Source: Cytophagales bacterium
GTDB lineage: Bacteria > Bacteroidota > Bacteroidia > Cytophagales > JAPOQI01
NCBI GenBank assembly: GCA_026710765.1
Contig: JAPOQI010000143.1
Span: forward strand, 1-34,476
Reading direction: 5' to 3'
Length of the DNA: 34,476 nt
A model generated the notes under the pieces. The model did no database searches, was not told the DNA's origin, and was given only the letters and a program-made list of their open reading frames with translations. Numbering within the stretch: the first letter of the stretch is position 1; each line of letters opens with the position of its first letter. Shown here in pieces: positions 17,801-26,734 of this stretch. The position numbers and the translations under genes were made by a program.

Positions 17801-19662
17801 ATGATTTGGATGATCCCATAGAAGATCCATTCGCAGATGTCCCTTTCACCTTCCAAGAGCCAGGAAATTATCAAGTGGAACTCGAAATAACGAGCGTCTA
17901 TGGGTGTCTTAGAAAAACCCTCCGAGAATTTTCTATACTCCCACATATAGTCGTCACCGAAGCAGGATATAGCACCTCCTTTGAACGAGAAACAAATTGG
18001 CTAGCCCATAGAACCTATGATCTGGAACCCGAAGAAGATGATAGATTCTCTGCCGAAGAAAGACCCAACTCCTGGACATGGGGAATACCAGGCGGAGATG
18101 CCATAGACAGAGCCTCCGACGGTGAAAAAGCCTGGGTTACGAATCTTGCAGGCGAGTACAAAAAAAACGAATCCTCCTGGGTATATACCCCCGAATTTGA
18201 TATCAGCAGGCTGAGCCGACCCATGATTTCTTTTGATCTAATCTATGAATTTGATAGCCGAAGAGATGGCGCCGTCTTACAATATAGCTTGGATGGGGGA
18301 AGTCAATGGATCGTATTGGGAAATTATAGAGAGGGCCAGTCTACAGGACTTAACTGGTACCGACACGAATTGATATCCTCTGATCCCGGACAGCAAGCTG
18401 AACTCACAGCAGTAGAATATAAAACAGCCAATGTAGGGTGGTCTGAAGTAGTAGATCAGGGAGAATGGCAGCATCTTAGACACAAGCTAGATGTCATCCC
18501 CCCCGAAAAAAGAGAAAATATTAGGTTTAGATTTGCCATTGCCACCGATGCCGAAGGAGAATCTGAAGGAATAGGGGTTGATAATTTCTCCATTACAAAC
18601 AGAAAAAGAAGGGTCTTTCTAGAAGAATTTGCCTCCGAACTGAGTGAAGAATCTGGAAAATTTCACAGCGATATTGCAAACTATATAGATTCTAGAAGCC
18701 TAAGTGGAGAGAAAAACCTACTTATTAATACAGAAGATATCATCCATGTCTCTTATTATGTTCAACCTCGAGAACTGTCGGGTATAGATAGACTCTTTCA
18801 AGCATCCCCAGGTGATTTTACGGCCCGATCCTTATTTTATGGTGTGGGTACCGTTCCCTATGCCCTACTCAATGGGGGTGTATCCCTGAGTCAAGGAAGA
18901 GAAATAGATGCAGTCATTGAAGAAAATAACATCCCCTGGACAGAAAATGATCTGAACCTGCAAGCCCTCTACGAGGCTAAGATAAGTCTGGAAATAGAAC
19001 TCCTAGATAGTCACTCATCAGAAATATCTTTTAAGGTAGATGCCATTCCTAATCCTGCCATAGGAGATATTCTACTCGGAGAACACAGGGTATATGTCCT
19101 CTTAGTGGAGGCCTCTGTGGACATAGAAGGAAAAAATGGATTGAAAGGATATAAAAATGTGGTCAGAAAAATAATGCCCAACGGCGCCGGCATCCCCTTC
19201 GACTTTGATGGCATCAAAGCACGATACTCACATATCATGGGTTGGGAAATTAGCTCAGGTGTGATCTCCGATTTTAATCAACTCAGTGGAATTGCCCTCA
19301 TTCAATCTGTGTCTACCAAAGAAGTCTATCAGGTTGAAACCATAGAGGTTAAAGGAAAAAGACCCCTATCCAGGAGTATATCCCATGAATTTATAGAAGA
19401 AGAAGAATATCTAATCTATCCCAACCCCGCAGCAGATTATATCAACATCAGGGCACCCCAAAAAATAAATCTCCGTTCCCACCATATTCGAATCTATGAT
19501 ATGACGGGAAAAATCGTACAGGAAATCCTTGTTGAAAAAGATGTGCAAAATAGTCGTCTTCTCATAGGAGATGATTTGCCCAGTGGGACATATTATCTTT
19601 CTATTTCTAGGGATCAAAAACCTGTTCTTCTGAGGAAAATTATCCTGAGAACGGGAAATTGA
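8869..19662 (+). CDS. Giant T9SS-secreted multidomain surface/adhesin-like protein, 3597 aa (cadherin-like, Big_5/Ig-like, Cys-paired Ig-like, PKD, jelly-roll, Omp28-like, type A CTD)
   Basis: Signal peptide IILLVLLLVLG..LKA|Q. Linkers PVEDRP and PVNDPP. Repeats DTSPPQV..FDEPI..WRFTT. PKD motif YEWDFGD. C-terminal IYPNPAADYINI..IYDMTGK..LPSGTYYL..KII. Confidence 0.88.
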   Translation: MKVLIKARSGIPSSAPQGRASIILLVLLLVLGKTDPTDLKAQNPPDPPPKTTSLRMNLDDTSLTITENSHSGAFKIKPFGDLSTLTPHPDGSAISWLTENFPGVSFLTVLPGLTDHDNDPATPSIIPQDGGRLGLDFSGTTYTFRFKETTSEGRTYTLRDGDTAASTIIAEVDVPIPGTGEGDIAVETGDITAGGGYTALYLSFVGKKRVGEDQLKFSVKFDPSFAGAIDNSNFDTQRLTAIKNIVKAFTYEARDEFGAAPASRRVAIEGNFSIDTSETYTIRTSSGSLSLVTITHHRTNLRPVFGGSINPSASHSLEEDVPTDSSSPDIMTENGLIIKQYFADNGIVATAQDDQSSTEIGILITFATSEADFGGSVGAQKIGQWEYNALEGEGTVKDVWTTLPEIDIDHATDPKAFLMLPTTLIRFKRFLNENTGTLSAVTDLPRISYVLWDRSGSFARPRDQVTGIVLKNGEVSAAEAKVELAVGPTSSLSAPGTTRTEYVRVIPVEDRPVLQATLDPEASEIDLAPVTEDVASDDNAGTQLSTLLGITDVDAANHNPGDDDEKRLRVDVVTDAGFGTWQYRNDAADEWTEPSSRVAARRYIDLEGYLRFQPDPNRFTTDTSPEVPVIFLRAWDGDESSVESITLRTSVSPVNDPPSLILNEFYRAGGLGRQSLKDHLNLISHSGNELRFRRTQSQITNQPLAFTWRGQANPYPTTLSRNVLEFSPFVLSGGVGEDDQGVNLEISWEALTYDKDGKTETGGSNPLSQSEALKLLEIASFPAGSYQTLVQGFQQEAGKTFRYHYHPTVEGTFKISLSAVDVEDSKYGSGSLRSDPFEIYMEVVDDLPPTAPSSLNTAATGVSVSSQDANFLYYSFDEYIELVDPLPTETVKIYEFDPVSQTVGDDHIYSIPWNEMALEVDSDQPNRLKLNLATVRGSLVKGTSYRIYLPASLVQDQAAANNVLRVPIGGSGSSSANANWDFSTQANTSSPNLIHQEPEDDDTGTAVGEPMVFVYDEDMELNLDDNATAFTVTLKRGGQTVHTQTFKAKADHVYLAVFKDSDYKKSQEGNVLTLDPFPLNGSEYYPDNTLVEVVIEGNLIRGKGETDYLSGSSLSFTTGTRPVPTLLSPTEFTSAYDHSDQSTYISAVPSSGKLKFQFVSEVTFPSGPGDEEVSVVLIKAIPNHNCGQAPEETNLNDLKTVYDLKREDMQSAAAQGYETMANIKFGLGYYKIELLEGAGLEQNGDGTAPFVAEGCISAGDTSPPQVISYSPEHSGTGVGLTPTLKIEFDEPISLDDQSVFSLYKVEVGDDSKLLAGDDAQISITRDPENIRYILINLSSLQTPLHGLNEYYVNYTEDFISDFSNNKVAALSGDASWRFTTQADTSAPYAVELKSSGGYEGGNTYVRTQGGALSFTLKFSERLVKSGTTGHLDVVPDPVVSGKDLEIPLAQINLSDSGYELEFLITPSTLLPSTTYRIKWASGGFPIEDLSQNEIALSNQDQAARTFTTEGAPPTLPEHDPNNIGTFTTDDENHQVHVVNLENDINPTTERVFSGLSHSYGQSLYLVWFDDPGKAASYSPSDTDGFLHRGATFPTIENLGFPSAPIPISEKYMGIYPFWLRQYGNQIKGPPIRVVLVILGGDGIKLWPLNKPENVLGAEEYIPTSAAHTLSFDMISAPDLQVPPPTETDLPSPHYTFRSYEYEISWSGVGVTSTQENRPYSTQRTYIISDPAEIGLDENTRSKQVKVTLEVENTSTGDSFEVERVLNVSSNESFPMQLQIRDDAQADGTDEAEYFCLGSGELPLRNHLDALAHGTDIRSSIGGLLATREGKWYLDSDLDGLNAGSYDFSRFSRVGQGVWYPSGLATIRAYLPPRVVVESLAGVKYCSQDQQPRFISLTVGGTALRSSSDTNSANRPQGKVQVYTSPTADGTPSTYLEDQAAEDFSFVPKDIFDDYLSNNPAATEVHVTIEYDSHTSEDTNKCHASGKATFIIYANPAAPSFADRTADGIYCQDNTQVSRVITVNNSQTGDILSWYTDRGLSQGSVLYNGTDNTFDPPSTSPVMSTEDGYLKVQRHYATITRHRSEFFNGCVGEYSFIDTKIAAKPKLTESLFELDGEELGTPICIDLDGVELGSNILSEAEDKLRYNSGKLILRYKFPEIENYIGSTRPAGSDDDNFDDEDRRAGLGLSRNYEDAYEEAFGPHGQEEEVDKGQNPAAEIPKRNLNILSLLQLFGEAEKSAYSLITQLDKEDFGDTSAIPRTPNDLNRRYNLNLLIEVEDELDDGTLCSNELQVSRAIQINPLPRLQIESFETRYCSDSPPVALSVSIDSRLGTIERRSPWTNAQGWGSFTLIHLPASEHEIEIPFSTVFRTTLDIDAVIVQTRALTTPPLAQDFSTAHYRIVYENDAGQARTDCLNEISQDFSILGPPPSPEVVHNNPNGTLYCQGASRVHRLNVDKDLNDDGTEDANRRGRYTWYAALAGDPTKADKSASLSTEDLFQPPIALATAVAGNNVAEHYFHVIFTRDADNNGFAGCESESTQIKIEVVGRPEIEIAAPAGICVGTIGGNGNDRTREENVQNNVELYAIRTLDGSYQATGIGLARSQETGLSGNVSGHSSREKIATLRFSPLLSVRESQRNSSLQVNGLFPTQSRNIEFTYTNRYSVGPYNVSCSSEDRQTLSIYQLPVLSISGPADVFTTGTGEELEVCADRAEFTVTGAPSLGDGNRQMIVDASGASGLQTTTNTALFRPDVLRASDAGVNLSTEEKNVLKAQTRAYTSRAESQYYVFAPESEHKITYLYEDPQGCTNFITKTIKVNSLPLVSIGTEFACQEDDVLITPLLRNRQELGQSGYVSKYEWDFGDNMQKTVLLGQGETASVQHFYQESGVYKIAVSAETNEGCRGASERNLTLGQIPNPQLYWSGIVEGKPTYFHIRDGNATDEQAVLRTKSIVLEIRKEGKALEGFRVERTRVDTNGDQRINDLDDPIEDPFADVPFTFQEPGNYQVELEITSVYGCLRKTLREFSILPHIVVTEAGYSTSFERETNWLAHRTYDLEPEEDDRFSAEERPNSWTWGIPGGDAIDRASDGEKAWVTNLAGEYKKNESSWVYTPEFDISRLSRPMISFDLIYEFDSRRDGAVLQYSLDGGSQWIVLGNYREGQSTGLNWYRHELISSDPGQQAELTAVEYKTANVGWSEVVDQGEWQHLRHKLDVIPPEKRENIRFRFAIATDAEGESEGIGVDNFSITNRKRRVFLEEFASELSEESGKFHSDIANYIDSRSLSGEKNLLINTEDIIHVSYYVQPRELSGIDRLFQASPGDFTARSLFYGVGTVPYALLNGGVSLSQGREIDAVIEENNIPWTENDLNLQALYEAKISLEIELLDSHSSEISFKVDAIPNPAIGDILLGEHRVYVLLVEASVDIEGKNGLKGYKNVVRKIMPNGAGIPFDFDGIKARYSHIMGWEISSGVISDFNQLSGIALIQSVSTKEVYQVETIEVKGKRPLSRSISHEFIEEEEYLIYPNPAADYINIRAPQKINLRSHHIRIYDMTGKIVQEILVEKDVQNSRLLIGDDLPSGTYYLSISRDQKPVLLRKIILRTGN

Positions 19663-19765
19663 TTTTCTCTCCGAGCCTTCGTATTGCCAATCCCACAACA
19701 TGGGGAAGTTCCTCCTTTCTCAGCGGGGGAAATTTTAGCATTTATAAATCTCCTCCCAAAATTAG

Positions 19766-19840
19766 ATCATAATTTTTTACAGAAGTTTGATTCTATTTCA
19801 TAAATTTGATTTCAATAATTAATTTCAATTCATAAATTTG
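19766..19840 (+). promoter_or_regulatory. AT-rich direct repeats containing tandem TAnnTTTG promoter-like boxes upstream of nrdB
   Basis: TTCATAAATTTG occurs exactly at 19797-19808 and 19829-19840, each containing TAAATTTG. A 9/12 copy (ATCATAATTTTT) lies at 19766-19777. Confidence 0.55.
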
Positions 19841-19948
19841 TTTTGAGTAATCAATCTTAATCCCTTCCTAGATATGACTCCTTGTTTGCTTAGTATTAGA
19901 AGCTCATCGAAGCCTTTCCTTAGGTGTAGAAATATAATCTAGCGGAAG

Positions 19949-20917
19949 ATGGAACCTATTTTAAAAGAGAACAAGGATAGATTTGTACTGTACCCGATAG
20001 AACACTCGGATATATGGGAATATTATAAGAAGGCAGAAGCTGCCTTCTGGACAGCCGCAGAAATAGATCTCAGCCAAGACCTACACGACTGGGAAAAATT
20101 AAATGAAGGAGAACGACATTTTATCCTCCACGTCCTAGCCTTCTTTGCTGCATCTGATGGGATCGTGAACGAAAATTTGGCAGAGCATTTCGTTTCAGAG
20201 GTCCAATATACTGAGGCAAAGTTCTTTTATGGATTTCAAATTGCCGTCGAGAATATCCATTCGGAGATGTACTCGCTCCTCATAGATACCTATGTCAAAG
20301 ATCCCGCCGAGAAAAATAAACTCTTCCATGCCATAGAAACCATGGATTGCGTACGCAAAAAAGCAACCTGGGCACTCAGATGGATAGATAAAGGAAATTT
20401 TGCAGAACGATTGATCGCATTTGCAGCCGTAGAAGGAATCTTCTTCTCGGGATCCTTTTGTGCAATTTTTTGGCTCAAAAGCAGAGGGCTCATGCAAGGA
20501 TTGGGTCTTTCCAACGAATTGATATCTCGTGATGAAGGCTTGCACTGTGATTTTGCTTGTCTCCTGTACAATGAGCATCTAGAAGAACGTCTCCCTGAGA
20601 AACAGGTAATAGGAATTATTCAAGATGCCGTCAATGTGGAGCAAGAGTTTGTTAGCGATTCGCTCCCCGTATCCTTGATTGGCATGAATGCCAAGGACAT
20701 GTGTCAATATATTGAATTTGTGGCAGACAGGTTATTGACCGAACTCCGTTGTCCTAAGATCTATAATGCCAAGAACCCCTTTGATTTCATGGATATGATC
20801 TCCTTACCGGGGAAGACTAATTTTTTCGAGAAAAGAGTCTCCGAATATAAAAAGGAAGGCCTGAAAATTAAAAACTCTGGAAATCCAGATGGCTTTAGAA
20901 TGGACGAATCTTTCTGA
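19949..20917 (+). CDS. nrdB: Ribonucleotide reductase class Ia beta subunit
   Basis: [32 protein letters not shown] (iron ligands plus radical Tyr), [26 protein letters not shown]. Confidence 0.97.
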   Translation: MEPILKENKDRFVLYPIEHSDIWEYYKKAEAAFWTAAEIDLSQDLHDWEKLNEGERHFILHVLAFFAASDGIVNENLAEHFVSEVQYTEAKFFYGFQIAVENIHSEMYSLLIDTYVKDPAEKNKLFHAIETMDCVRKKATWALRWIDKGNFAERLIAFAAVEGIFFSGSFCAIFWLKSRGLMQGLGLSNELISRDEGLHCDFACLLYNEHLEERLPEKQVIGIIQDAVNVEQEFVSDSLPVSLIGMNAKDMCQYIEFVADRLLTELRCPKIYNAKNPFDFMDMISLPGKTNFFEKRVSEYKKEGLKIKNSGNPDGFRMDESF

Positions 20918-20924
20918 TGATATC

Positions 20925-23294
20925 ATGTTTGTTATAAAGCGGAGCGGTCGAGTACAATCTGTTCAATTTGATAAGATTACCCGCAGAGTCGAAGGACTCG
21001 CTGATGGACTCTCTCCCCAAGTGGACGTTGCCGGAATAGCTCAGAAGGTCATCCGAGGACTCTATGATGGTGTCTCGGTTCAAGAATTGGATGAAATGGC
21101 CTCCTGGACGGCCGCCATCATGGCAACCCGACATCCCGATTATGCCCGACTCGCCGCCCGTATCGCAATCTCTAATTTGCATAAACTGACCAGTAACTCC
21201 ATCTATAATACCACCCGAAGACTCTATACCTACACAGATCCCAAAACACATAAAGCATGCCCACTGGTCTCCCAAAAGACCTATGAAGTGGTCAGAGAAC
21301 ATGCCAAGATTTTGAACGAAAAAATAAATTATAACCGCGACTTTTATTACGACTACTTCGGATTCAAAACCCTAGAAAAAGCCTACTTACTCCGAATCAA
21401 TGGACAGGTCGTAGAACGACCCCAACATATGTTAATGCGTGTAGCCATAGGTATCCATGGACACAATATAGAACGGGTACTCGAAACCTATAACCTCATC
21501 TCCGAAAAATGGTTTATCCATGCCACCCCTACCCTCTTCAATGCAGGTACACCCCGTCAACAATTGGCATCCTGCTTCTTGCTGACCGTGAAAAAAGATA
21601 GCATATCCGGAATCTATGATACCCTCAAACAATGTGCCAAGATTTCCCAATCTGCCGGAGGAATCGGACTCAGTATCCATACCATCCGAGCAAAAGGTTC
21701 ACAAATCAGAGGAACCAACGGTATATCCAACGGCATTGTTCCCATGCTCCGAAATTTCGACATGACAGCCCGATATGTGGATCAAGGAGGGGGCAAACGA
21801 AAGGGAAGCTTTGCCATCTATCTGGAACCCTGGCATCCCGATATCTTTGACTTCTTAAGCCTCAGAAAGAATCACGGAAAAGAAGAACTCCGAGCAAGAG
21901 ACCTCTTCTATGGCTTGTGGATCCCAGACCTCTTTATGAGAAGAGAAGAAAGGGGGGAAATGTGGTCGCTGTTTTGTCCCGATGAGGCCCCAAAGCTTTG
22001 TGATCTGCACGGAGATAGCTTCACAAGGCAGTATCTCAAATACGAAGAACAAGGAGTGGCACGCAAAACCGTCTCTGCCCGAGCCCTCTGGCGAGAAATC
22101 ATGACTGCCCAAATAGAAACAGGGGTACCTTATATCTTATATAAAGATGCTGCCAATGGAAAGTCTAATCAAAAAAATATAGGAACCATACGATCCAGTA
22201 ATCTGTGTGCCGAGATTATAGAATATAGTTCGCCAAATGAAGTGGCAGTTTGTAATTTGGCTTCCCTATCGCTCCCGAAATTTGTTCGGGAAGAGAAACA
22301 AGATTTTGATCATCAAAAATTGTTTGAAGTCACACAAGTGGTGGTCCGAAATCTCGACCGAAGCATCGATATTAACCAGTACCCCGTACCTGAAGCCAGA
22401 AATTCCAATCAGGTCCATCGCCCACTTGGCGTAGGGGTTCAGGGATTGGCTGATGTCTTCCTAAAACTGAGATACCCCTTCGACTCCCCACAGGCCCGCC
22501 AACTCAATAAAGAAATCTTTGAAACCCTCTACTTTGCAGCCATGACCGCCTCTGTGGACATAGCTATGAACGGAGAACCCTACAAAGGATTTGAAAGCTC
22601 CCCCCTTGCCAAAGGACTTTTCCAATTTGACCTCTGGGAAGGAGAAGTCAAGCACTCGGGACGATGGGATTGGGAGGGTCTAAGGGAAAGGGTCGTAAAA
22701 TATGGTGCCAGCAACTCCCTCTTGATGGCCTTGATGCCCACAGCCTCTACCTCACAGATCCTAGGGAATAATGAATCCTTTGAACCCTTCACATCCAATG
22801 TCTATGTCCGTAGGGTCTTATCGGGAGAATTTATCGTAGTAAACAGATATTTGCTCCAAGATCTAAATAAATTAGGCTTGTGGAAAGAATCCATGCGACA
22901 TAGAATTATGCAGGCTAACGGATCCATTCAGCAAATTCCAAATATCCCCGAGGATGTCAAACTCCTCTACCGAACCGTTTGGGAAATACCACAAAAAGCC
23001 ATCATAGATATGGCCGCAGATAGAGGGGTCTATATATGCCAGTCCCAGAGTATGAATATATACCTAGCCAACCCTACCCAAAATCAACTCACCTCTATGC
23101 ATTTCTATGCCTGGAAAAAAGGATTGAAAACGGGCATGTACTACCTGAGAAGCCAACCCTCCGTAGACCCTATTAAATTCACGGTGGATAAAGAAATGAT
23201 CTCAAATAGTAATGGTAATGGTAACCACGTTGCAAGTAACGGCTCTTCCGCTTGTAGTATAGACGATGAACATTGTATCTCCTGCAGCGGCTAA
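20925..23294 (+). CDS. nrdA: Ribonucleotide reductase class Ia alpha subunit with ATP cone
   Basis: [11 protein letters not shown] cone (ATG 20925 preferred over 20889), [45 protein letters not shown]-terminal CISCSG. No intein or intron seen. Confidence 0.97.
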   Translation: MFVIKRSGRVQSVQFDKITRRVEGLADGLSPQVDVAGIAQKVIRGLYDGVSVQELDEMASWTAAIMATRHPDYARLAARIAISNLHKLTSNSIYNTTRRLYTYTDPKTHKACPLVSQKTYEVVREHAKILNEKINYNRDFYYDYFGFKTLEKAYLLRINGQVVERPQHMLMRVAIGIHGHNIERVLETYNLISEKWFIHATPTLFNAGTPRQQLASCFLLTVKKDSISGIYDTLKQCAKISQSAGGIGLSIHTIRAKGSQIRGTNGISNGIVPMLRNFDMTARYVDQGGGKRKGSFAIYLEPWHPDIFDFLSLRKNHGKEELRARDLFYGLWIPDLFMRREERGEMWSLFCPDEAPKLCDLHGDSFTRQYLKYEEQGVARKTVSARALWREIMTAQIETGVPYILYKDAANGKSNQKNIGTIRSSNLCAEIIEYSSPNEVAVCNLASLSLPKFVREEKQDFDHQKLFEVTQVVVRNLDRSIDINQYPVPEARNSNQVHRPLGVGVQGLADVFLKLRYPFDSPQARQLNKEIFETLYFAAMTASVDIAMNGEPYKGFESSPLAKGLFQFDLWEGEVKHSGRWDWEGLRERVVKYGASNSLLMALMPTASTSQILGNNESFEPFTSNVYVRRVLSGEFIVVNRYLLQDLNKLGLWKESMRHRIMQANGSIQQIPNIPEDVKLLYRTVWEIPQKAIIDMAADRGVYICQSQSMNIYLANPTQNQLTSMHFYAWKKGLKTGMYYLRSQPSVDPIKFTVDKEMISNSNGNGNHVASNGSSACSIDDEHCISCSG

Positions 23295-26200
23295 GTCTGT
23301 CAAGGCGCCCCCCCCAACCAAGGCTGAGTTCCTGAACAAAAATAAGGAAACTCCCCCGTCACCGCTTCGTCTAAAAAATCCGGTCCGAATAGTTACGGCG
23401 GCTTCTCTTTTTGATGGACATGATGTGGCCATCAATATTATGAGAAGAATCATCCAAGCTTCGGGTGCTGAGGTGATTCACCTGGGACATAATCACTCGG
23501 TACAAGACATCGTGGACGCTGCTATTCAGGAAGATGTGCAAGCGGTAGCCATCACATCTTATCAAGGAGGACATATGGAGTTCTTTAAATACATGTATGA
23601 TTCCTTTCAAGAAAAAAATGCAGGACATATTCAGATCTTCGGCGGGGGCGGCGGAACCATCCTTCCCAAAGAAATAGAAGAACTCCACGCCTACGGCATT
23701 ACCCGAATTTATTCCCCTGATGATGGAAGAAAACTGGGCTTACAAGGGATGATTGATGATATGTTGCGTCGGGTAGACAAGCCACTTCCCGTACCCGCTC
23801 TGCCTTCTATAAAAAAGCTGTCTCAAGCGAAAGATGTTGAGCTATCCCGATATATTTCTTGCATAGAAAATGACCTGAAAGACTTTCAGACATATAGAAA
23901 AAGTCTGAAAACGGGAAATGAAAATAAAGATGCCCTCGTCCTGGGTCTGACCGGAACAGGGGGCGCAGGGAAGTCCTCCATAGTAGACGAATTGATCCAA
24001 CGATATGTTCGGGATTTTCCTAAAAAAAGAATAGCCATCTTATGCGTGGACCCCTCTCGACAAAAAACAGGAGGTGCCCTCCTAGGAGATAGAATTCGCA
24101 TGAATTCTATCTATGTTGAACAAGTCTATATGCGATCCTTAGCCACACGCAGAGCCCACGCAGCCTTGCCTAGTCAAATAGATGATATCTTAAATCTCTT
24201 CAAACTAGCTCGGTTTGATCTCATAGTTCTAGAATCCTCAGGGATCGGACAATCAGATACAGAAATCGTGAACCATGCCGATATCCTCATGTATGCCATG
24301 ACCCCAGAATATGGTGCCGCAACCCAATTGGAAAAAATTAATATGTTGGATTATGCCGATCTGGTCATTATTAATAAAGCCGAACGACGAGGCGCACAGG
24401 ATGCATTGCGAGATGTGAAAAAACAGTATATACGAAATCACCATCCCGTTGAGGAAGACGTGAAAATCCCCGTCTACGCCACCATCGCATCCCAATTCAA
24501 CGACTCAGGACTCAATAACCTCTACCAACACCTTCTGCTGCTCCTCCCAGGGGAAGAAGGGAACAAAAAGAAGGGCCCCGTTAAGAAAAAAGACCTGCCT
24601 CCCAGTGCTACCCAAAGCATACATAGAATCCTCTCCCCCAATAAGATCCGATATCTCTCCGAAATAGCAGAGACCGTAAGAGAATACAATACCCATGCCC
24701 GAAGTCAATCCGAACTTGCACAAGACTGTTATGTTCTAAACAAAAGTCTTTCCCTCCTCTCCAAACCCGAAGAAAAAGCACCCCTAGAAAAGATCCTAAA
24801 AGAAAAGAAAGCACGTCTAAGTCCAGAAAATTGGGAAAAAATAAATACCTGGGAAAAACAAAAAAAAGCTTATCAAGAACCCTTTTTTAGTTATTTGGTC
24901 CGGAATAAAAAGATTCAGGTACCCACGCATAGTACCTCATTATCCCAAATTCAGATTCCTAAGATCTGTGTCCCCAATTATGAAGGATGGGGAGATATCT
25001 TGGCTTGGCAACTTCAGGAAAATTTCCCGGGTGAATACCCCTATACCGCAGGGGTCTTTCCTTTCAAACGTACCCAGGAAGACCCCACGCGAATGTTTGC
25101 CGGAGAGGGGGGACCCGAACGAACAAATAAACGCTTTCATTATTTATCTCAAGAGGTTTCCTTTGCCAGACTGTCTACGGCCTTTGATTCGGTTACCCTA
25201 TACGGTGAGGATCCTCATACCCGACCCGATATCTATGGGAAAATAGGTAATGCGGGTGTGAGTGTCTCTACATTGCAGGCAACTAAAAAGCTCTACTCGG
25301 GCTTTGACCTCTGTCATCCCCAAACCTCTGTCTCCATGACGATCAATGGACCCGCTGCCACCCTCTGTGCCTTTTTTATGAATGCAGCCATAGATCAAGC
25401 ATGTGAAAAATATATCCGCGAAGAGGGACTTGAAGAAGATGTCCGAAAAAAAATAAAGAAAATCTATCAAGGACAACAAATCCCTGAATACAAGGGTGAA
25501 CTCCCCAAAACACATAATCAACTAGGGTTGATGCTTCTAGGGATAAGTGGAGATCAGGTCCTACCCCAGGAGATCTATCAAAGAATCAAATCCCAAACCC
25601 TCCAAACTGTCAGAGGAACCGTCCAAGCCGATATTCTCAAGGAAGATCAAGCACAGAATACCTGCATATTCAGTACCGAATTTTCCTTGAGATTGATGGG
25701 AGATGTACAGCAATATTTTATCAACCAGGGGATCAAGAATTTCTATTCTGTATCTATTTCCGGATATCATATTGCTGAAGCAGGAGCTAATCCGATCACA
25801 CAACTAGCCTTCACCCTGGCCAATGGCTTTACCTATGTGGAATATTATAGATCTCGGGGCATGGATGTGAACGATTTTGTTCCTCATCTTTCCTTTTTCT
25901 TTTCCAATGGAATAGATCCCGAATATGCTGTCATAGGCCGTGTCGCTCGACGTATTTGGGCAAAGGCTTTACGGGAAAGATATGGGGGCAATGACCGAGC
26001 CCAAAAGTTGAAATACCATATTCAAACCTCCGGACGATCTCTTCACGCACAAGAAATCTCCTTTAATGATATAAGAACTACCCTTCAAGCCCTTATGGCT
26101 GTGTATGATAATTGCAACTCACTCCATACCAATGCCTATGATGAAGCCATTACCACACCTACAGAAGAGTCTGTTCGTAGAGCCATGGCTATACAACTTG

Positions 26201-26712
26201 TGATTAATAAAGAATTAGGTACCGCTAAGAATGAAAACCCCCTACAAGGATCCTTTCTGATAGAAGAATTGACCAATTTGGTGGAAGAAGCGGTTCTGAG
26301 TGAATTGGAAAGAATAAGTGATAGAGGGGGGGTCTTAGGTGCTATGGAAACCATGTATCAGCGAAACAAGATACAGGAAGAAAGCCTGTACTATGAAAAG
26401 TTAAAGAATAGTGGAGAGTACCCCATCATTGGAGTCAACACCTTTCTCTCCTCAGAGGGTTCACCTACCCTTATCCCTGAAGAGGTCATCCGTGCTACTG
26501 AAGACGAAAAAAAGGATCAGATCCAAGAATTGCATGATTTTCAATCCTTTCACAAAGAGAAGGCAAGTATTTATTTGGAAAAACTACAAACGACAACATA
26601 TCAAGGTGGAAATATCTATGAAGAACTCATGGAATCTGTGAAATATTGCTCCCTAGGACAAATTACACATGCCCTCTATAGATTGGGCGGACGGTATAGA
26701 CGAAGTATGTGA
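23266..26712 (+). CDS. icmF: Fused isobutyryl-CoA mutase / MeaB-like GTPase (adenosylcobalamin-dependent)
   Basis: B12-binding domain [13 protein letters not shown], GTPase GTGGAGKSS and DRIRMN, mutase [11 protein letters not shown] (Phe in specificity position), [21 protein letters not shown], end GGRYRRSM. Confidence 0.93.
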   Translation: MNIVSPAAAKSVKAPPPTKAEFLNKNKETPPSPLRLKNPVRIVTAASLFDGHDVAINIMRRIIQASGAEVIHLGHNHSVQDIVDAAIQEDVQAVAITSYQGGHMEFFKYMYDSFQEKNAGHIQIFGGGGGTILPKEIEELHAYGITRIYSPDDGRKLGLQGMIDDMLRRVDKPLPVPALPSIKKLSQAKDVELSRYISCIENDLKDFQTYRKSLKTGNENKDALVLGLTGTGGAGKSSIVDELIQRYVRDFPKKRIAILCVDPSRQKTGGALLGDRIRMNSIYVEQVYMRSLATRRAHAALPSQIDDILNLFKLARFDLIVLESSGIGQSDTEIVNHADILMYAMTPEYGAATQLEKINMLDYADLVIINKAERRGAQDALRDVKKQYIRNHHPVEEDVKIPVYATIASQFNDSGLNNLYQHLLLLLPGEEGNKKKGPVKKKDLPPSATQSIHRILSPNKIRYLSEIAETVREYNTHARSQSELAQDCYVLNKSLSLLSKPEEKAPLEKILKEKKARLSPENWEKINTWEKQKKAYQEPFFSYLVRNKKIQVPTHSTSLSQIQIPKICVPNYEGWGDILAWQLQENFPGEYPYTAGVFPFKRTQEDPTRMFAGEGGPERTNKRFHYLSQEVSFARLSTAFDSVTLYGEDPHTRPDIYGKIGNAGVSVSTLQATKKLYSGFDLCHPQTSVSMTINGPAATLCAFFMNAAIDQACEKYIREEGLEEDVRKKIKKIYQGQQIPEYKGELPKTHNQLGLMLLGISGDQVLPQEIYQRIKSQTLQTVRGTVQADILKEDQAQNTCIFSTEFSLRLMGDVQQYFINQGIKNFYSVSISGYHIAEAGANPITQLAFTLANGFTYVEYYRSRGMDVNDFVPHLSFFFSNGIDPEYAVIGRVARRIWAKALRERYGGNDRAQKLKYHIQTSGRSLHAQEISFNDIRTTLQALMAVYDNCNSLHTNAYDEAITTPTEESVRRAMAIQLVINKELGTAKNENPLQGSFLIEELTNLVEEAVLSELERISDRGGVLGAMETMYQRNKIQEESLYYEKLKNSGEYPIIGVNTFLSSEGSPTLIPEEVIRATEDEKKDQIQELHDFQSFHKEKASIYLEKLQTTTYQGGNIYEELMESVKYCSLGQITHALYRLGGRYRRSM

Positions 26713-26734
26713 AAAACCCCTGGCGATCAGATAT

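Noticed and set aside
9187-19701. Numerous 60-190 aa alternative-frame, mostly antisense ORFs within the giant gene (and similar ones in other genes)
   Set aside because: No recognisable motifs; they lie wholly or almost wholly within well-supported genes and are expected as shadow ORFs.
19691-19708. CCACAACATGGGG as an NrdR box or as a terminator hairpin after the giant gene
   Set aside because: Mismatch at a core NrdR position, no second box, far from nrdB; the stem is weak and lacks a U-tract.
20925-23294. Possible intein or intron in nrdA/nrdB (common insertion hotspots)
   Set aside because: Both ORFs are of normal length with contiguous motifs; the short AATGGT repeat near 23205-23225 is just a linker.
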